NCBI GenBank assembly: GCA_951406725.2
Contig: OX597816.1
Location: 62,434,001 to 62,498,000, forward strand
Reading direction: 5' to 3'
Length of the DNA stretch: 64,000 nt
Origin: Octopus vulgaris
Lineage: Eukaryota
A program made the position numbers and the translations under genes. Under the pieces are notes generated by a model. The model saw nothing but the letters and a program-made list of their open reading frames with translations. It made no database searches and was not told the origin of the DNA. Of the stretch, positions 1 through 12,766 are shown one piece after another; position 1 is the first letter of the stretch, and every line of letters begins with the position of its first letter.

Positions 1-120
1 CCTATATACACACACACGCACACACACACACACATATGTAGAGAGAGAGAGAGTGAGGTGTGTGCGTATACACACACATACATATATTTATGCATGTATG
101 TATGTATGTATGTATGTATA

Positions 121-515
121 GGGGTAGGTGTGGCTGTGCGCTACAAAGGTTGCTTTCCAGCTACATGTTTCCGGCTTCAGTCCCTCTGCATGATATCTGG
201 GGCGCATCTGTCTTCTACTAGACGGAGGTGAAAGGATTTGGTAGACGGAAACCGAAAGAAGCCGCTCGTATATATTAATATGTGTGTGTGTGCGCGTGTG
301 TGTGTCTTTGTATTCGTGTGTGGCCCCTACCTACATTTGCTTCACAACAGAATTTGGTTTCTTTACAGTCCGGTGATGCAGATTTTTGGTAAAAGAGATC
401 TGGGGATGTATTAGGGTTAAACATAAGTGATAGAGTCTATTTTTATTTTTCGTGTAAACCCTTCAAAGCAGTGCCCTAGCATGACCGCAGCCCAATGAGT
501 AGAAAAGAATATAAA
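121..515 (+). mobile_element. SINE family A, diverged copy (tRNA-related head, internal (TA)/(TG) tract)
   Basis: Diverged match to the head GGAGTGGCTGTGTGGTAAG..GGTTCAGTCCCACTGC and the body GGATTTGGTAGACGGAAAC of the copies at 4435, 13189, 14164 and 31498. Confidence 0.75.
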
Positions 516-1116
516 AGATGAAACATAGTTCTCAAGATTAATCCACAAAATTATTGCCTCAAAAAACCAAGCTGTCAATACAAACGCTACATATCTTAGA
601 AACACACGTACATAGATATAGACTATTTGTGGATAAGGAGTCCGTAATTTAATTTGTTAGGAAATTTTCATTAATGAAAGGTCACTGCATATGCTAGGAA
701 AAAATCTTAAGGTAATATCATATCCTCACAGTTGAGCAATGCTGTGTCAAAATGACCTTAGATTTAGAGTGCAACTGGATGTGAAGTAATTAATTTAATA
801 AGTGTTATCAAAGCTTTTATTAACGAAAGGTCACGGAATATACTTTGCAAAAAAGAATTTGGATTACTTATGCATAAGAATATAGGAAGATGTTTCGTGT
901 AATAGATTGAATATCGATGTGTAGCTTGAGTTGTAGTTTATAAAAATGCGTAAAACTGAAGCAATTACATTAAAGGTGAGATCGTTGCCAATTTTTGAAA
1001 AATGTGCTTGGTAAAAAAGAATGCAATATACTCAAAAACACACGCACACACACGTAATATATATATATGTAATATATGTATGTGTGTGTGTATGCATGTA
1101 TATATACATGCATTCA

Positions 1117-1257
<141 letters not shown>

Positions 1258-1379
1258 TCATACAACATTGAGTGGGAGAACTATATATATATATACATGT
1301 AATATAATATAATATATATATGCATATATAATATATCTATATATAATATATATAATATATATATGTATATATATATACT

Positions 1380-1421
<42 letters not shown>

Positions 1422-1448
1422 ATATATATAATATATATATATATAATA

Positions 1449-1501
<53 letters not shown>

Positions 1502-1536
1502 TACATATATATATATATATGTTATATATATATATG

Positions 1537-1577
<41 letters not shown>

Positions 1578-1612
1578 GGTCACCAAAGTGACAGAGAGTG
1601 CTGTCTAACACC

Positions 1613-2022
1613 GATTGTGCTAAAATAAGAGTTAAATTAACATTTAAGACAACTAAAACAATGCACGCAATGACTGAGAATGGGAGGTAAGTCCCTAGGG
1701 TACATGGCTGTATCGGGATTCCGAATTTTCGTGTAGGCCACCTTGATACTCAACAGCGGTTCTTAAACCCTAGGTTTAAACTCAACTTCCTTTGTCAATC
1801 CTATAAAAATAGCAGTTGAAATCATGTGCTGATTTTCAAAACGGTAAAAGTGTAAACTACAAATGAAAAAATTGACGCTAAAGAGAATTGAGATGGCCTA
1901 CACCAAAATTCGAAATCGCGGTAAGGCTATGTACGCTAGGGACTTAACTCTGTTTGACAGTCATTAAGTATAGTGCCGTAGTGGCTTTAGAGTTAATTTA
2001 ACTTTCATTTTAGCATAACATC
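1613..2022. mobile_element. MITE-like element with long imperfect terminal inverted repeats
   Basis: TAAGTCCCTAGGGTACATGGC..GAATTTTCGTGTAGGCCA (~1688-1740) is the reverse complement of TGGCCTACACCAAAATTC..GCTATGTACGCTAGGGACTTA (~1894-1947). Outer arms are TGCTAAAATAAGAGTTAAATTAAC / GTTAATTTAACTTTCATTTTAGCA. No coding capacity. Confidence 0.65.
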
Positions 2023-2036
2023 ACATTTTAACAGCT

Positions 2037-2365
2037 ATTCTTTTATTCCTTTACTTGTTTCAGTGATTTGACTGCGGCCATGCTGGAGCATCGTCTGTAG
2101 TCGAACGAATGGACCCAAGGACTTATTCTTTGTAAGCCTAGTACTTATTCTATCTGTTACGGGGACGTGAACACACCAGCATCGGTTGTCACACGATGGT
2201 GGTTGTAAGGGGAGAAACAGAGACACAAAAAAAAATATATATACGGCGGGCTTCTTTCAGTTTCCGTCTACCAAATCCACACACAAGGATTTACTTGGCC
2301 CGATGGCTATAGTAGAAGATACTTGCCCAAGGTGCCACACAGTGGGACTGAACCCGGAACCATGT
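2037..2365 (-). mobile_element. SINE family A, 5'-truncated
   Basis: Reverse complement of the family A body and tail (CTTGTTTCAGT..GCGGCCATGCTGGAGCA; TTTCAGTTTCCGTCTACCAAATCCAC; GTGGGACTGAACCCGGAACCATGT). Confidence 0.9.
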
Positions 2366-2825
2366 ACACCTAGCTGGGCGTCATTTCTCTCGCCTCCCGA
2401 CTTTTTTTCTCTTCTACTATTTTCTTCTCTTCTATTTCTTCAATATCCTTTCAAAATTTCTTCCGGGCGTTACCCATTACAATTCGTATTGCCCAAACGG
2501 CCCTTAATGCTTGTCTTCGGCGATTGCTTACTCTGTACGGCCACTCTATTGTTGTTTGTTCATTCGAAGCCCTAACTCTCCATAATTTTTACATTTTAAA
2601 AATCTCTGGATGCTGTTGTCTCATGAAGTTTTTCTATCTTGTCGTTAAAAGCACGAAATGGGGAGTAATAAACAGTCAACAACTGAGAAAGTGTTGAACC
2701 ACTTTCGGTATTTTGTCCCATACTTGTTTCTCATTATGTGTTTACGTATTTTTCACTCGTTGGTGATGTCCGGTACTTAATTTGTATTTTTGATTTATTT
2801 CATATATTTATCTATTGAATTGGGT

Positions 2826-3452
2826 TAGGAATACAAGCGGGAGAAAGAGAGGAAGGGAGTAAGTAGAAAGGCTAGAATAGAAGTGACGTGGTAAGAGAAA
2901 GAAAAGGAGAAAAAAATGTAAGAGACAATTTGCAGCTGGTCAGCTCGGGGACCAGTCTAAGAAAGGAAGAAAAGGAGGCACTGGACGATGGTTACGTGAT
3001 AGCAGCAGACAGAGGGGAAAGAGCAACGAAGAAAAGAATGGGGAAGCGGATGAGAGGGAAGGAGAAAATCTAGGAATACAAGAGAGAGAGGAGTAAGTAG
3101 AAAGGCTAGAAAAGAAGTGACACGGTGAGAGAAAGAAAAGGGGAAAGGATGAAGGCAAGAGAGCGAGAGAGAATCATACAGGCAACTTCTGTCTCCTTCA
3201 TTCTTCCTCCTTTTCTTTCTCTTAACCTATCACTTCTCTTCTAGCCTTTCTACTTACTCCCTTTCTCTCTCTCTTTCTTGTATTTTTAGCCTTTCCCCTT
3301 CCCCTTCATCCACTTCCCCTTCTTTTCTCTGTCACTCTCTCTCCCTGCTGTCTTTCTCCTGTCCCTGCTGTTGTCACGTGACACGTGGTCAGTTCCTCTT
3401 TTTCTTCCTTTTTTACATCGGTCCCTTAGCTGACCAGATGCAAATTTTGTCC
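2826..3452. repeat. Purine-rich ~245-bp unit present as a partial tandem plus an inverted copy (foldback)
   Basis: TAGGAATACAAG..GGAGTAAGTAGAAAGGCTAGAA occurs at 2826 and 3071, with its reverse complement TTCTAGCCTTTCTACTTACTCC at ~3239. AATTTGCAGCTGGTCAGCT (~2927) is matched by AGCTGACCAGATGCAAATT (~3428). Confidence 0.8.
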
Positions 3453-3747
3453 CTCCGTTCTCTATTCTCCAAAACCTTTTCCAAGCGTTACCCACTATTC
3501 TCATCTTTTTGGCCCCGAGGCCGTATTTTGTTCGACTGTTTGTCCTCGCCCACCGTCCTAAATCACACTCGGCGTGTCGTTTTGCTTCTTTTCTTTACTC
3601 TTGTTCCTAATTCTATGCAAGAAAGCTATTTTTGCGGGCACCGAAATTGGGAACCACTCAGCCTTATCTTGAAAGGTGCAAAACTGAACAGTACCATTGG
3701 TCGATACCTGATGAAGAATTTTGGACTTTCTGCTTGTCTCTCGTTTA

Positions 3748-3866
<119 letters not shown>

Positions 3867-4363
3867 ATCAAAATTAGCGACAAGGATATCCAGAGGTAAT
3901 GCAGTACGATCGTTTCATGCAACTCCATTTAATTGAACAATGCAATCATTGCATCAATTTAAAATGCAGAGCAATATTTAGCTGAACAAAGACATAGAAT
4001 TTATTTAAATTACAACAGATGGACACATTAGTAAGGATCCGGCAAGCGCGCAGCTTCTGGTGCAAGGTGGCCCCGACCAAGATAATATACCGGCGTCTTG
4101 GGGGTAGATGACCCTTCCGCTGCGGCTACTCTCTCCAGTCGTATATATATATATATATAAGAGCTTGCTTCAGTTACATAAACTATAAAGTTTCCTAGGC
4201 TATATGGTAGACCCATCTCGTCAGATAGGTGGAGAAGCAATCTGATTAGATAGACCTGTCCAACGAGTCCACAAAACGTTCAATCGTGCGGTGCTGAGTC
4301 ACACTGTTATCAAAAATTATGTTTCATATACACACACACAAACCATACAAAAATATAGATATA

Positions 4364-4420
4364 TGGTTAGGATTCCTGGCTTTCACCCAGGCGGCCCGGG
4401 TTCGATTCCCGGCATCGGAA
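4364..4420 (+). pseudogene. 5'-truncated tRNA-Glu(TTC)
   Basis: TGGTTAGGATT CCTGG CT TTC AC CCAGG CGG CCCGG GTTCGATTC CCGG CATCGGAA. The anticodon arm (TTC 4382-4384), T arm/B box and 3' acceptor strand are intact. The 5' acceptor strand and first half of the D arm are missing. Confidence 0.85.
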
Positions 4421-4434
4421 CGCTATACTTTATA

Positions 4435-4866
4435 GGCGTAGGAGTGGCTGTTTGGTAAGTAGCTTGCTAACCAACCACATGGTTCCGGGTTCAGTCCCAC
4501 TGCGTGGCATCTTGGGCACGTGTCTTCTGCTGTAGACCCGGGCCGACCAATGCCTTGTGAGTGGATTTGGTAGACGGAAACTGAAAGAAGCCTGTCATAT
4601 ATATGTATATATATATATAAGTGTGTGTGAATATGTTTGTGTGTCTGTGTTTGTTCCCCTAGCATTGCTTGACAACCGATGCTGGTGTGTTTACGTCGCC
4701 GTAACTTAGCGGTTCGGCAAAAGAGACCGATAGAATAAGTTCTGGGCTTACAAAGAATAAGTCCCGGGGTCGATTTGCTCGACTAAAGGCGGTGCTCCAG
4801 CATGGCCGCAGTCAAATCACTGAAACAAGTAAAAAGAGTAAAAAAAAAAGAAAAAAAAGAGTAAAA
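4435..4866 (+). mobile_element. SINE family A, full length
   Basis: Head GGCGTAGGAGTGGCTGTTTGGTAAGTAGCTTGC..GGTTCAGTCCC, internal (TA)(TG) tract, tail CTAAAGGCGGTGCTCCAGCATGGCCGCAGTCAAAT..GAAACAAGTAAAA(AGAGTA)n. Confidence 0.92.
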
Positions 4867-5232
4867 ATATGTGTGTGCGCGTGTGTGCATCTCTGTGTTT
4901 ATTTAGAAATACTTACACATCTTCTCACGTAAGCACATACATATAGACGTGTATATAGATATATATATGCACACAAGTATATATGTTAACTTTTTCTTCC
5001 ATCATTGATATAATTGAAATGTATTTTCTTAAGTCTCTCTCCACCTTATTTCTCTCCTTCCATTTATTTTTTTACCCTATTTACATATTTCGTCCTGTCT
5101 TTCCATATAATTCTTTTTTTTTTCCTCCTGTTCCATTAATTTCCCCCCCTCGTTCTCTATGTCCGTCTCCTTCGCACTCCTTCAAAGCCTCTGTGATTCA
5201 TTTGTTTTTGTAAAATTCCTTGTCTCTTCTCT

Positions 5233-5286
<54 letters not shown>

Positions 5287-5290
5287 TATT

Positions 5291-5330
<40 letters not shown>

Positions 5331-5363
5331 CGTATATATATATATATATGTATATATATATAC

Positions 5364-5411
<48 letters not shown>

Positions 5412-5737
5412 GTATTGCCTCCTCTGTATTACACCACCAAACAGAGTGCTGTCATGCTGTCTTTTGCTTGCGTTTAATATCTCATTGAACTGTCACATAC
5501 ATTTGTTTCCTTTATTAAAATTTTACAATATTAATTTTTTTATCGGCATCTCTTTCATCAAATGTTTATGTCGGTATAAGCTTTGAGATGAAGATAAAAA
5601 ATTGTTTTGAATACGCAGTAACGCGAAACTTTGAATAAACAACTGTAAACATCATAGCTCTTTCACTGTTGCTATTATTATAATTAACACTTCTTTCTCT
5701 ACTGACATTTTTTCCCCTTTCGAATGCCTTAACAAGG

Positions 5738-5739
5738 AT

Positions 5740-5810
<71 letters not shown>

Positions 5811-5849
5811 TTATAAGATGCCTACGTACAGATTTTCACCCATCTATAG

Positions 5850-5938
<89 letters not shown>
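5738..5938 (+). repeat. Two (GATA)n microsatellite blocks
   Basis: Direct reading. Confidence 0.95.
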
Positions 5939-6339
5939 TATGGATAACTTGCTAGATAGAGTGATAGAAGGATAGATGCATACACACTTTAATCTGTATA
6001 TTAGCAGACTTTAACTTTCAAGCTAAGACTTTTAGTGGGTGCCATGATGATGTCTATGCAGTCATAAGCGTCGCTAACTTTTGCGGGAAATAAGTGTAAA
6101 TTGTACATGACGATATAAAGGAGAAAACTATGAAATTTGTGGCTCGTATAACGATATCGTTTATGTCAAATTCGACAATCAACAGTAAAATGAAATCTAA
6201 AAACCAGGAGACAATGCTCATTTATGATAAAATAATCCCTTTTGTTGTAGAGAAGTATTTAGTGGAAATCAAACATGCTGTTCAATTTTGTGAGGATTTA
6301 TCAAGCGTGATGTGCGAGATTCTCGTTTGTTATTTGCAG

Positions 6340-6720
6340 GACAGATTCATGAATATTTAAATACGTGGAAGCTCCTAGTGTTAACTTCCTTCCATGCAGA
6401 CCTGTCTGGGGCAAGATCTTCCTGTGATTATGGGTTCATCATGCAGCCTTTTAAGTTTGCTTTCACTGCATCTGTGAATCTTTTACGATGTACACTACAT
6501 AAAATACACACGCAAGTTCAGAATAGAAATTTACTTTTGGCAGAGAAGACTCACAGATTATGCTATGTCCATCTCAATGCAATTGAATTTCCTTGAGCTT
6601 AGCAAAGTACATTGTAGCTTGATATGTTGCCATATCTGAGAATGTGGGCGCCGGAGATTTTCTCCTGTCACTGTAAAAAAAATGCTGAAGCTTTCAGCAT
6701 AATGTTGTTACACTGCTTAG
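6340..6720 (-). mobile_element. Decayed RTE-clade LINE 3' ORF fragment
   Basis: Minus-strand reading gives QLH*DGH..SSLPKVNFYSELA..RKRFTDAVKANLKGC..EDLAPDRSAWKE, matching the RTE C-terminal pattern QLRW.GH..LPK..FYGEL..KRFKD..DRSAWR. Confidence 0.7.
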
Positions 6721-6979
6721 GTTTGAGACACATGCAGGTGTAATAAAATTTTAGGTATCAATACATACACCTGAATTGGTATTTAGCAGTGGTGAATTTG
6801 TTTAGTTAGTTAGTGTGTGGAATATTATAAAATATCTCTCAGTAAATACGTCAAGCCTTGAGGAGTTCTCCATTATTGTGTTGTTTTCTATGAATGCTTT
6901 CTCAACTTTTAATATAGTATTGTTTTTCACACCTGTAACTAATACGTTGTATTGTGTAGCTTTAAACTAATTGTATATT

Positions 6980-7180
6980 GGTTTCAAACTTTTGGTATTA
7001 TGTTCGGGAAAGAGGTAAGTTGATTACAATGGTCCCATTGCTCAACTGGTACATATATTATCGACTCCGAAAGGATGAAAGGCAAAGTCGGCCTCGGCGG
7101 ACTTTGTACTCAGAATATAAAGATGGACAAAATCTCCCTGAGCATTTTGTACAGCACATGAGCGATTCTGCCAGAATTTT
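6980..7180 (-). mobile_element. SINE family B (Deu/Nin-like core), diverged
   Basis: TATCGACTCCGAAAGGATGAAAGGCAAAGTCG, the reverse complement of the family B core. Confidence 0.75.
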
Positions 7181-8487
7181 TATTTCGCTAGCGAGTGTTA
7201 CAGAGCTATAACTTTCTGGATGTCTGGTATGTTTCGCCTTTCTTGGGTTGGGCTATTGTAATTATCCTATCCATCATTAATATATGTATCATTCTGATCT
7301 GCTACTCACTTCAATGAAGGTCATTGCTATATGGCTAAAAATCAGGAATTTCATTATTCCTTAATATTAATATTTAGGTATGTTTCTTGGCGATGATGGC
7401 CAACGAAAAGCGTGTGTTACTCTTCTCCATCTCATCTGTTGTTCATTCTTAATATGCTGATCCTAATATATCTAAACTTCTGTTGGTGGTGGTATTAGTG
7501 TATCTTCTAGTGTTATGGCTGTTAATTTCCTGGCAGAAGTTTGACATTTGATTCAAGTACTTAAATTTACAGGCAAAACACGTTTTCTTTTTATTTACCG
7601 CTATATTTTGTTTTAATTATTCTTTAGCTTTCAAAATTTTTCGTTTTACAGATTTTGTTTATCATTTGTCCTTTTTTTATGTTGGAACCCTCCTTATCTA
7701 GTTCGCTAAACCAATAAAACTTTTGGTTTCTTAGCAATGTTTTACTTTATGTTTTATTCCAGTGGAGGTTTTGAGTTTGTCTGTGTTTATATCACTTTGG
7801 ACCATATGCCTGATTTCTTTCGATACTACCACTGATGTTGTATGGATCAAGTTTTCCTGTCTGTCTATAGTCGAGGAATTTGTTGAGCCATGTTATTAAC
7901 ACGACCCACTTCTACATATTTTTCATAAACCTGTTTATTCATTCATGGCGTGGGAAAGTCCTTACGCTGACCCCTACCCTATTGATTTGGGGATGGTTTC
8001 TTTTTCTTATATATTGATTCATTTAGATTCCCTTCGGTATCAAATTTCTTTGCTTTTTCGCAATGAGCGATTTTATTCTCCTTTATTTTATTCTCAATGC
8101 ATGCGATCAAACTCTACACATTAGTTAAGGTTGTGTGTAATTATGGGATTGTCAATAGTCTTCATCTCTGGTTAGATTGAATTCCTTTCATTCTTTGTAC
8201 ATTGGTTCATCCGTGCATAGTCAGTTTTGCGCACTTATTTTATGAATGTACATTTATTTTGTGTTGTTTTATTTATTTTGTGAAGGCTTATATATTTTTG
8301 TGTGTGAGCGGGTTTCGTTATGTTTGAATTTACTTGTAGCTGGTCACTTTTTTGCTATGTCCCGTCAGATACTATTGTATTTCCAATATATATTCTGTTT
8401 ATAAATGTGTCTGCTCCAATTAAGGGGAGCTTGACATTTTCTCTGCGTACGTTCACTAATGTATTTTCAATAATACTCTTTTACTTG

Positions 8488-8692
8488 GAGATGGCGAGCT
8501 GACAGAATCGTTAATACGCAGGGAAAAACAATTAGAGGCATTTCATCCCACTTTACGTTTTGAGTTCAGTCTGCCGAGGTCCGTTTTGCCTTTCACTCTT
8601 TCAGTGCTGATAAAGTAGTACCAGATCAACACTGGAATCGAAGTAATCTACTTAACCCCTCCCATGAAATTAGTGGTCTTGTGCCAACATTT
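8488..8692 (+). mobile_element. SINE family B, diverged
   Basis: Head GGCGAGCTGACAGAATCGTTAA; core GCCGAGGTCCGTTTTGCCTTTCACTCTTTC. Confidence 0.75.
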
Positions 8693-8698
8693 AATATA

Positions 8699-9267
8699 TT
8701 GGGTCGTCCGGAAAGTTCGTGCCGATTTTTAAAAGAAAGAAAAAAGTCAATAAATACTTACCATTTACATTTTTAATCAACCAAATATAAACCATTTTGT
8801 TGCACAATGCGTCTCCATCTTTCCTTTAACTTGAAAATACCCTCTTCCCAGAATTGAGGGGGTTTCATGGCAAAGAATTCATCAAGCTATCTTTTTACGT
8901 CATCCAAGGAATTGAAATTTTTACCATTAAGACTATTCTGCTGAGACCTGAATAAGTGGAAATTCGAAGGAGCAATATCTGGTGAATATGGAGGGTTGGG
9001 TTAACACTTCCCAGCCGAGCTGCAGCAATTTTTGTCTGGTTCCCAAAGCATCAAGTGCCGAAAATGAACTTTCTTATCTTCCATTTTAAAGGGTTACAGA
9101 ATTAACACAGGTTATAGGAACATAAACCTTCTCCCACGAAAAGATAGCTTAAACTGTGCTCTAAACGGAGGTGTAGTCAAATCCTATTCTATGGACTCAA
9201 CCATGTTCTAAAATAAGTCGAAATGGTAAGCTACTATAATTCGGCACGAACTTTCCGGACAATCCAA
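8699..9267 (-). mobile_element. Internally deleted mariner element
   Basis: TA-flanked TIRs TTGGGTCGTCCGGAAAGTTCGTGCCGA / TCGGCACGAACTTTCCGGACAATCCAA. The minus strand encodes PPYSPDIAPSNFHLFRS..FWEEGIFKLKERWRRIVQQNGLY (mariner transposase C-terminus, with a stop). Confidence 0.92.
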
Positions 9268-9601
9268 TACTATCTTTTACTCCATATATCATATATCGCT
9301 TTTATAATAATTCTGACTTTTCCATATAGTGTTACTCTGTAATAAAACGCATATAACGCTTCTATAGGATTTTATTGGACTAATAATATTTTCAAATGGT
9401 TTTATCATGGATTTTTATGTTACGAGGCGGCGTTTTTTAATTAATGTTATCTATTCCATAAGATATCTTTTCGTAATATCTACTTACAAACATGCATTTA
9501 TAAGTGATTATAAAGTCTCACTGTGCAAAACTAATTTCTTTGCTTCTTCCTAATGAGCGATTTTATTCTCCTTTATTTTATTCTTGATGCATGCGATCAG
9601 C

Positions 9602-9870
9602 TATAACGAACAACGTTTTAAGCATTACTGCGCTAAATGTTGGAGTGTACTTCTTTTCGGATTTACTATGAACTAATTACCGACTTACCGATATATATCT
9701 GTGTGTGTGTGTGTGTGTGTATGTGTGGGCGGAGAATATAAACATCCGGGAAATCCTGTGCAATCTCATTCTTTCCGGTTGTTAGAAAATCACTGGACCA
9801 ATGTTTGGTCAAGTGGAAACCCATAATCTCGACACTGTTGCCAATAAATTCCAATATAAACAAATAGCTA
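9602..9870 (+). repeat. ~260-bp direct repeat, copy 1 (copy 2 at 11501-11758)
   Basis: TTTTAAGCATTACTGC..TAGAAAATCACTGGACCAATGTTTGGTCAAGTGGAAA..AAACAAATAGCTA is present at both positions. Confidence 0.9.
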
Positions 9871-11238
9871 TTTGAACGCAGTGTATATAATGGACAGAGT
9901 CAAGACCATTGAAAAGGTTGCAAGACGCAACGAAAATATAAAATAAGTGGAAATTTTACCGGTGAGTGTGTTATATTATAAGGCACAAAAAGAAAATGAC
10001 TCTCCCCAGACACAACAGACTTGCTTTTAAAAAAGGAACCTACAAGTCCGTCTACGAGTGCTTGTGAATCGGTGATCGCGTCTAGAAGGGATGGTATGTG
10101 CGAGTCTAGTACGAGTGAGAGTGATTCGGAAAACGATTATAAAAACATTTTTTTATTATAAATGATCTTGACAGTCTTTTTACTTTACATTCTACTGTTG
10201 TTTTATTGCCATTTATTTACGATTATAATAACATTTATAGGGTAAAATAAATTTTATGCGAAATTATTGCTCTGCTTTACGAGTTTTCACTTTATGAGCA
10301 GTCTCCAGGAAGAAATTAACTCGTATATCGAGGCATTACTGTATTTACTAGCATCAATTTTATTTTAAGATTGTTTTGCTTTCTTGTTTTTTTTATTTAA
10401 AATTTATCACGACGCGAACACATGACCTTGTGCTTAGAACGTTAGCCTTACATTCATTAGATCGTCGCTCTTATTTCAGGATTAGTCGATGCATTTTGTT
10501 CTTGAGCGATGTGTTTCATTTATAATTTCTCCAGTATAGTCAGCTGAAAAGGAGTACCAGCCGACCGTCGGGGCAACCTTCTTAATTTCCTCATACCACA
10601 TGTTGGATGGTCAACATGTAGTATTTATATACATATATATCTACATAATCCAATATGTATTTTCCTTTCTTAATACAACTGGGCTTCAGAGGAATGGAAC
10701 ACTGCAGTATGTGATTTTTTTTTATTTACTTATCTCACATGAAGCTCTGTCTTTTCTCTTCTGTATAATATATGCAGGAAATCTAGAGGTTTATTATTGA
10801 AATTCCAATGCCAAGTCGAAATAGGTCGACTTCAATTAAGTTTCAAAATACTCTAATGCAACTAATTCATTAGAAGCATACCATTTACTTGCCTTAGTAG
10901 CAACAGTAAGAAAAGTCTTTTCATAATCCACGAAGACTATAACTTTGTTGATAAACAAAGTTTCCCTCTAGCAATGTTCAACAATCGAAAAACTTAATAC
11001 AAAAGAAGTAAAATTAACGTAAATTATTAAAGAAGAAAATAAAGCTATATACCAGATATCGGAAAAAAATATTTTTTATCGTAGTAATAGAAAAATGGCT
11101 GTCTGGCTAAGACGTTTGCTTCGCAACCACGTAATTGCGAAGTTTATCCAGTTGAACGGCCGCGCAGCAACTTGGGTAGCATTTTCTACTATAATTTCAA
11201 GTTCGTTAACATGAGGATAGACTGAAATTTTACTCTTA

Positions 11239-11380
<142 letters not shown>

Positions 11381-11500
11381 TTAAAAGGTTATCTAACCAA
11401 GTATGTAGACTTGGTTAGTCAGAGTGTGACCATTGGTTTTGCACAGTTACTGCTGAGAGAATCTTATAGAAGCGCAAACAATGGTCCCTCTCTGACCAGG

Positions 11501-11758
11501 TATAAGGAACAAAGTTTTAAGCATTACTGCCCTAAATGTTGGAGTGTACACTTCTTTTCGGATTTATTATAAACAACTTACCGACTTACCGATATAAATC
11601 TGTGTGTGTGAGTCGGCGAAGAATATAAATATCCGGGAAATCCTGTACAATCCCATTTTTTCCGGTTATTAGAAAATCACTGGACCAATGTTTGGTCAAG
11701 TGGAAATCCCTAATCCCGACACTGTTGCCAAATAAATTCCAACACAAACAAATAGCTA
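11501..11758 (+). repeat. ~260-bp direct repeat, copy 2
   Basis: Matches 9602-9870. Confidence 0.9.
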
Positions 11759-12454
11759 GATAAATGAATGTGGACAGATACCTCTATTATACAAACGATC
11801 CTGAATTAGGTGTATCGGTCTTAAACACATATCGGGATTAACACCTTCATGACTCTACAACCATCATATCACTGCAATTTCAATTTAATGCTTATTTCTC
11901 ATAAGAATCGTAGATTAAAATGATATTGTCTTAATACATCCGCCAAGATAAAGATAGAGAGATTGAAGGAACATCGCTGTCATTCTCTCTTCTGATTTTG
12001 CACAATCACGTAAGCAAGGAACAGTAGGATTAAAGTATTAGCATATTGAAGCTTTGAATTATTGCTGAAAAATATTTCGAGTCAACTGAATCTTCTCTTG
12101 ATTATGGTAAACAATTCTATTTACGCACATTCTATAGATTAGACAAGCTATTGTTGTTCACTGGATGGATAGTTACGTTTGAAGTATATTGGGAATATTA
12201 CTAACATGCTTCAATTACAAATTTGTGAAGATGAATGATTATAAATTAGTCCAGATTAATCCGTTGACAAAATGTAGCTATATAATTCTACATTATCAAC
12301 TCAGGATATATGTATTTCTTTACCACAAACCCAAATGCTATTTTCTTGTACGCCAAGATTTCTTCACTGCCAATAGATACATGAGTCTATATGTATCATA
12401 AATTTCCTTGGGATCTAATTCGTCGATATTTTTCACTTGTTTACAAATACTATT

Positions 12455-12766
12455 GGTGGTGGCACATGGCCTAGTAGTTAGAGCAGCGGACTCGCAGTCG
12501 AGGGATCACGGGTTCGAATCTCAGACCGGGCGGTGTGTGTGTGTTTGTGAGCGAAAACACCTAAGCTCCACGCGGCTCCGGCAGAAGGTAATGGCGAACT
12601 TCTGCTGACTTTTTCGCCACTACTTTCTCTCACTATTTCCTCCTGTATCTTGCAGTTCACCTGCGACGGACCGGCGTTCCGTCCAGGTGGGAAACCTATA
12701 CACCAAGGAAACCAGGAAACTGGCCCTTATGAGCCAGGCGTGGCACGAGAAGGGACAAACAACAAC
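12455..12766 (+). mobile_element. SINE family C (tRNA-derived head)
   Basis: A box TGGCCTAGTAGTTAG, B box GGTTCGAATCTC, core GAGCGAAAACACCTAAGCTCCAC, (AAC)n tail. Confidence 0.88.

Noticed and set aside
7250-8470. Possible LINE RT remnant on the minus strand (a KF..YLGS-like trace near 7460)
   Set aside because: Too decayed to support with more than one weak motif
12455-12530. tRNA-like sequences at the heads of family A and C elements as tRNA genes
   Set aside because: They continue into SINE bodies with tails and TSDs and lack a complete cloverleaf
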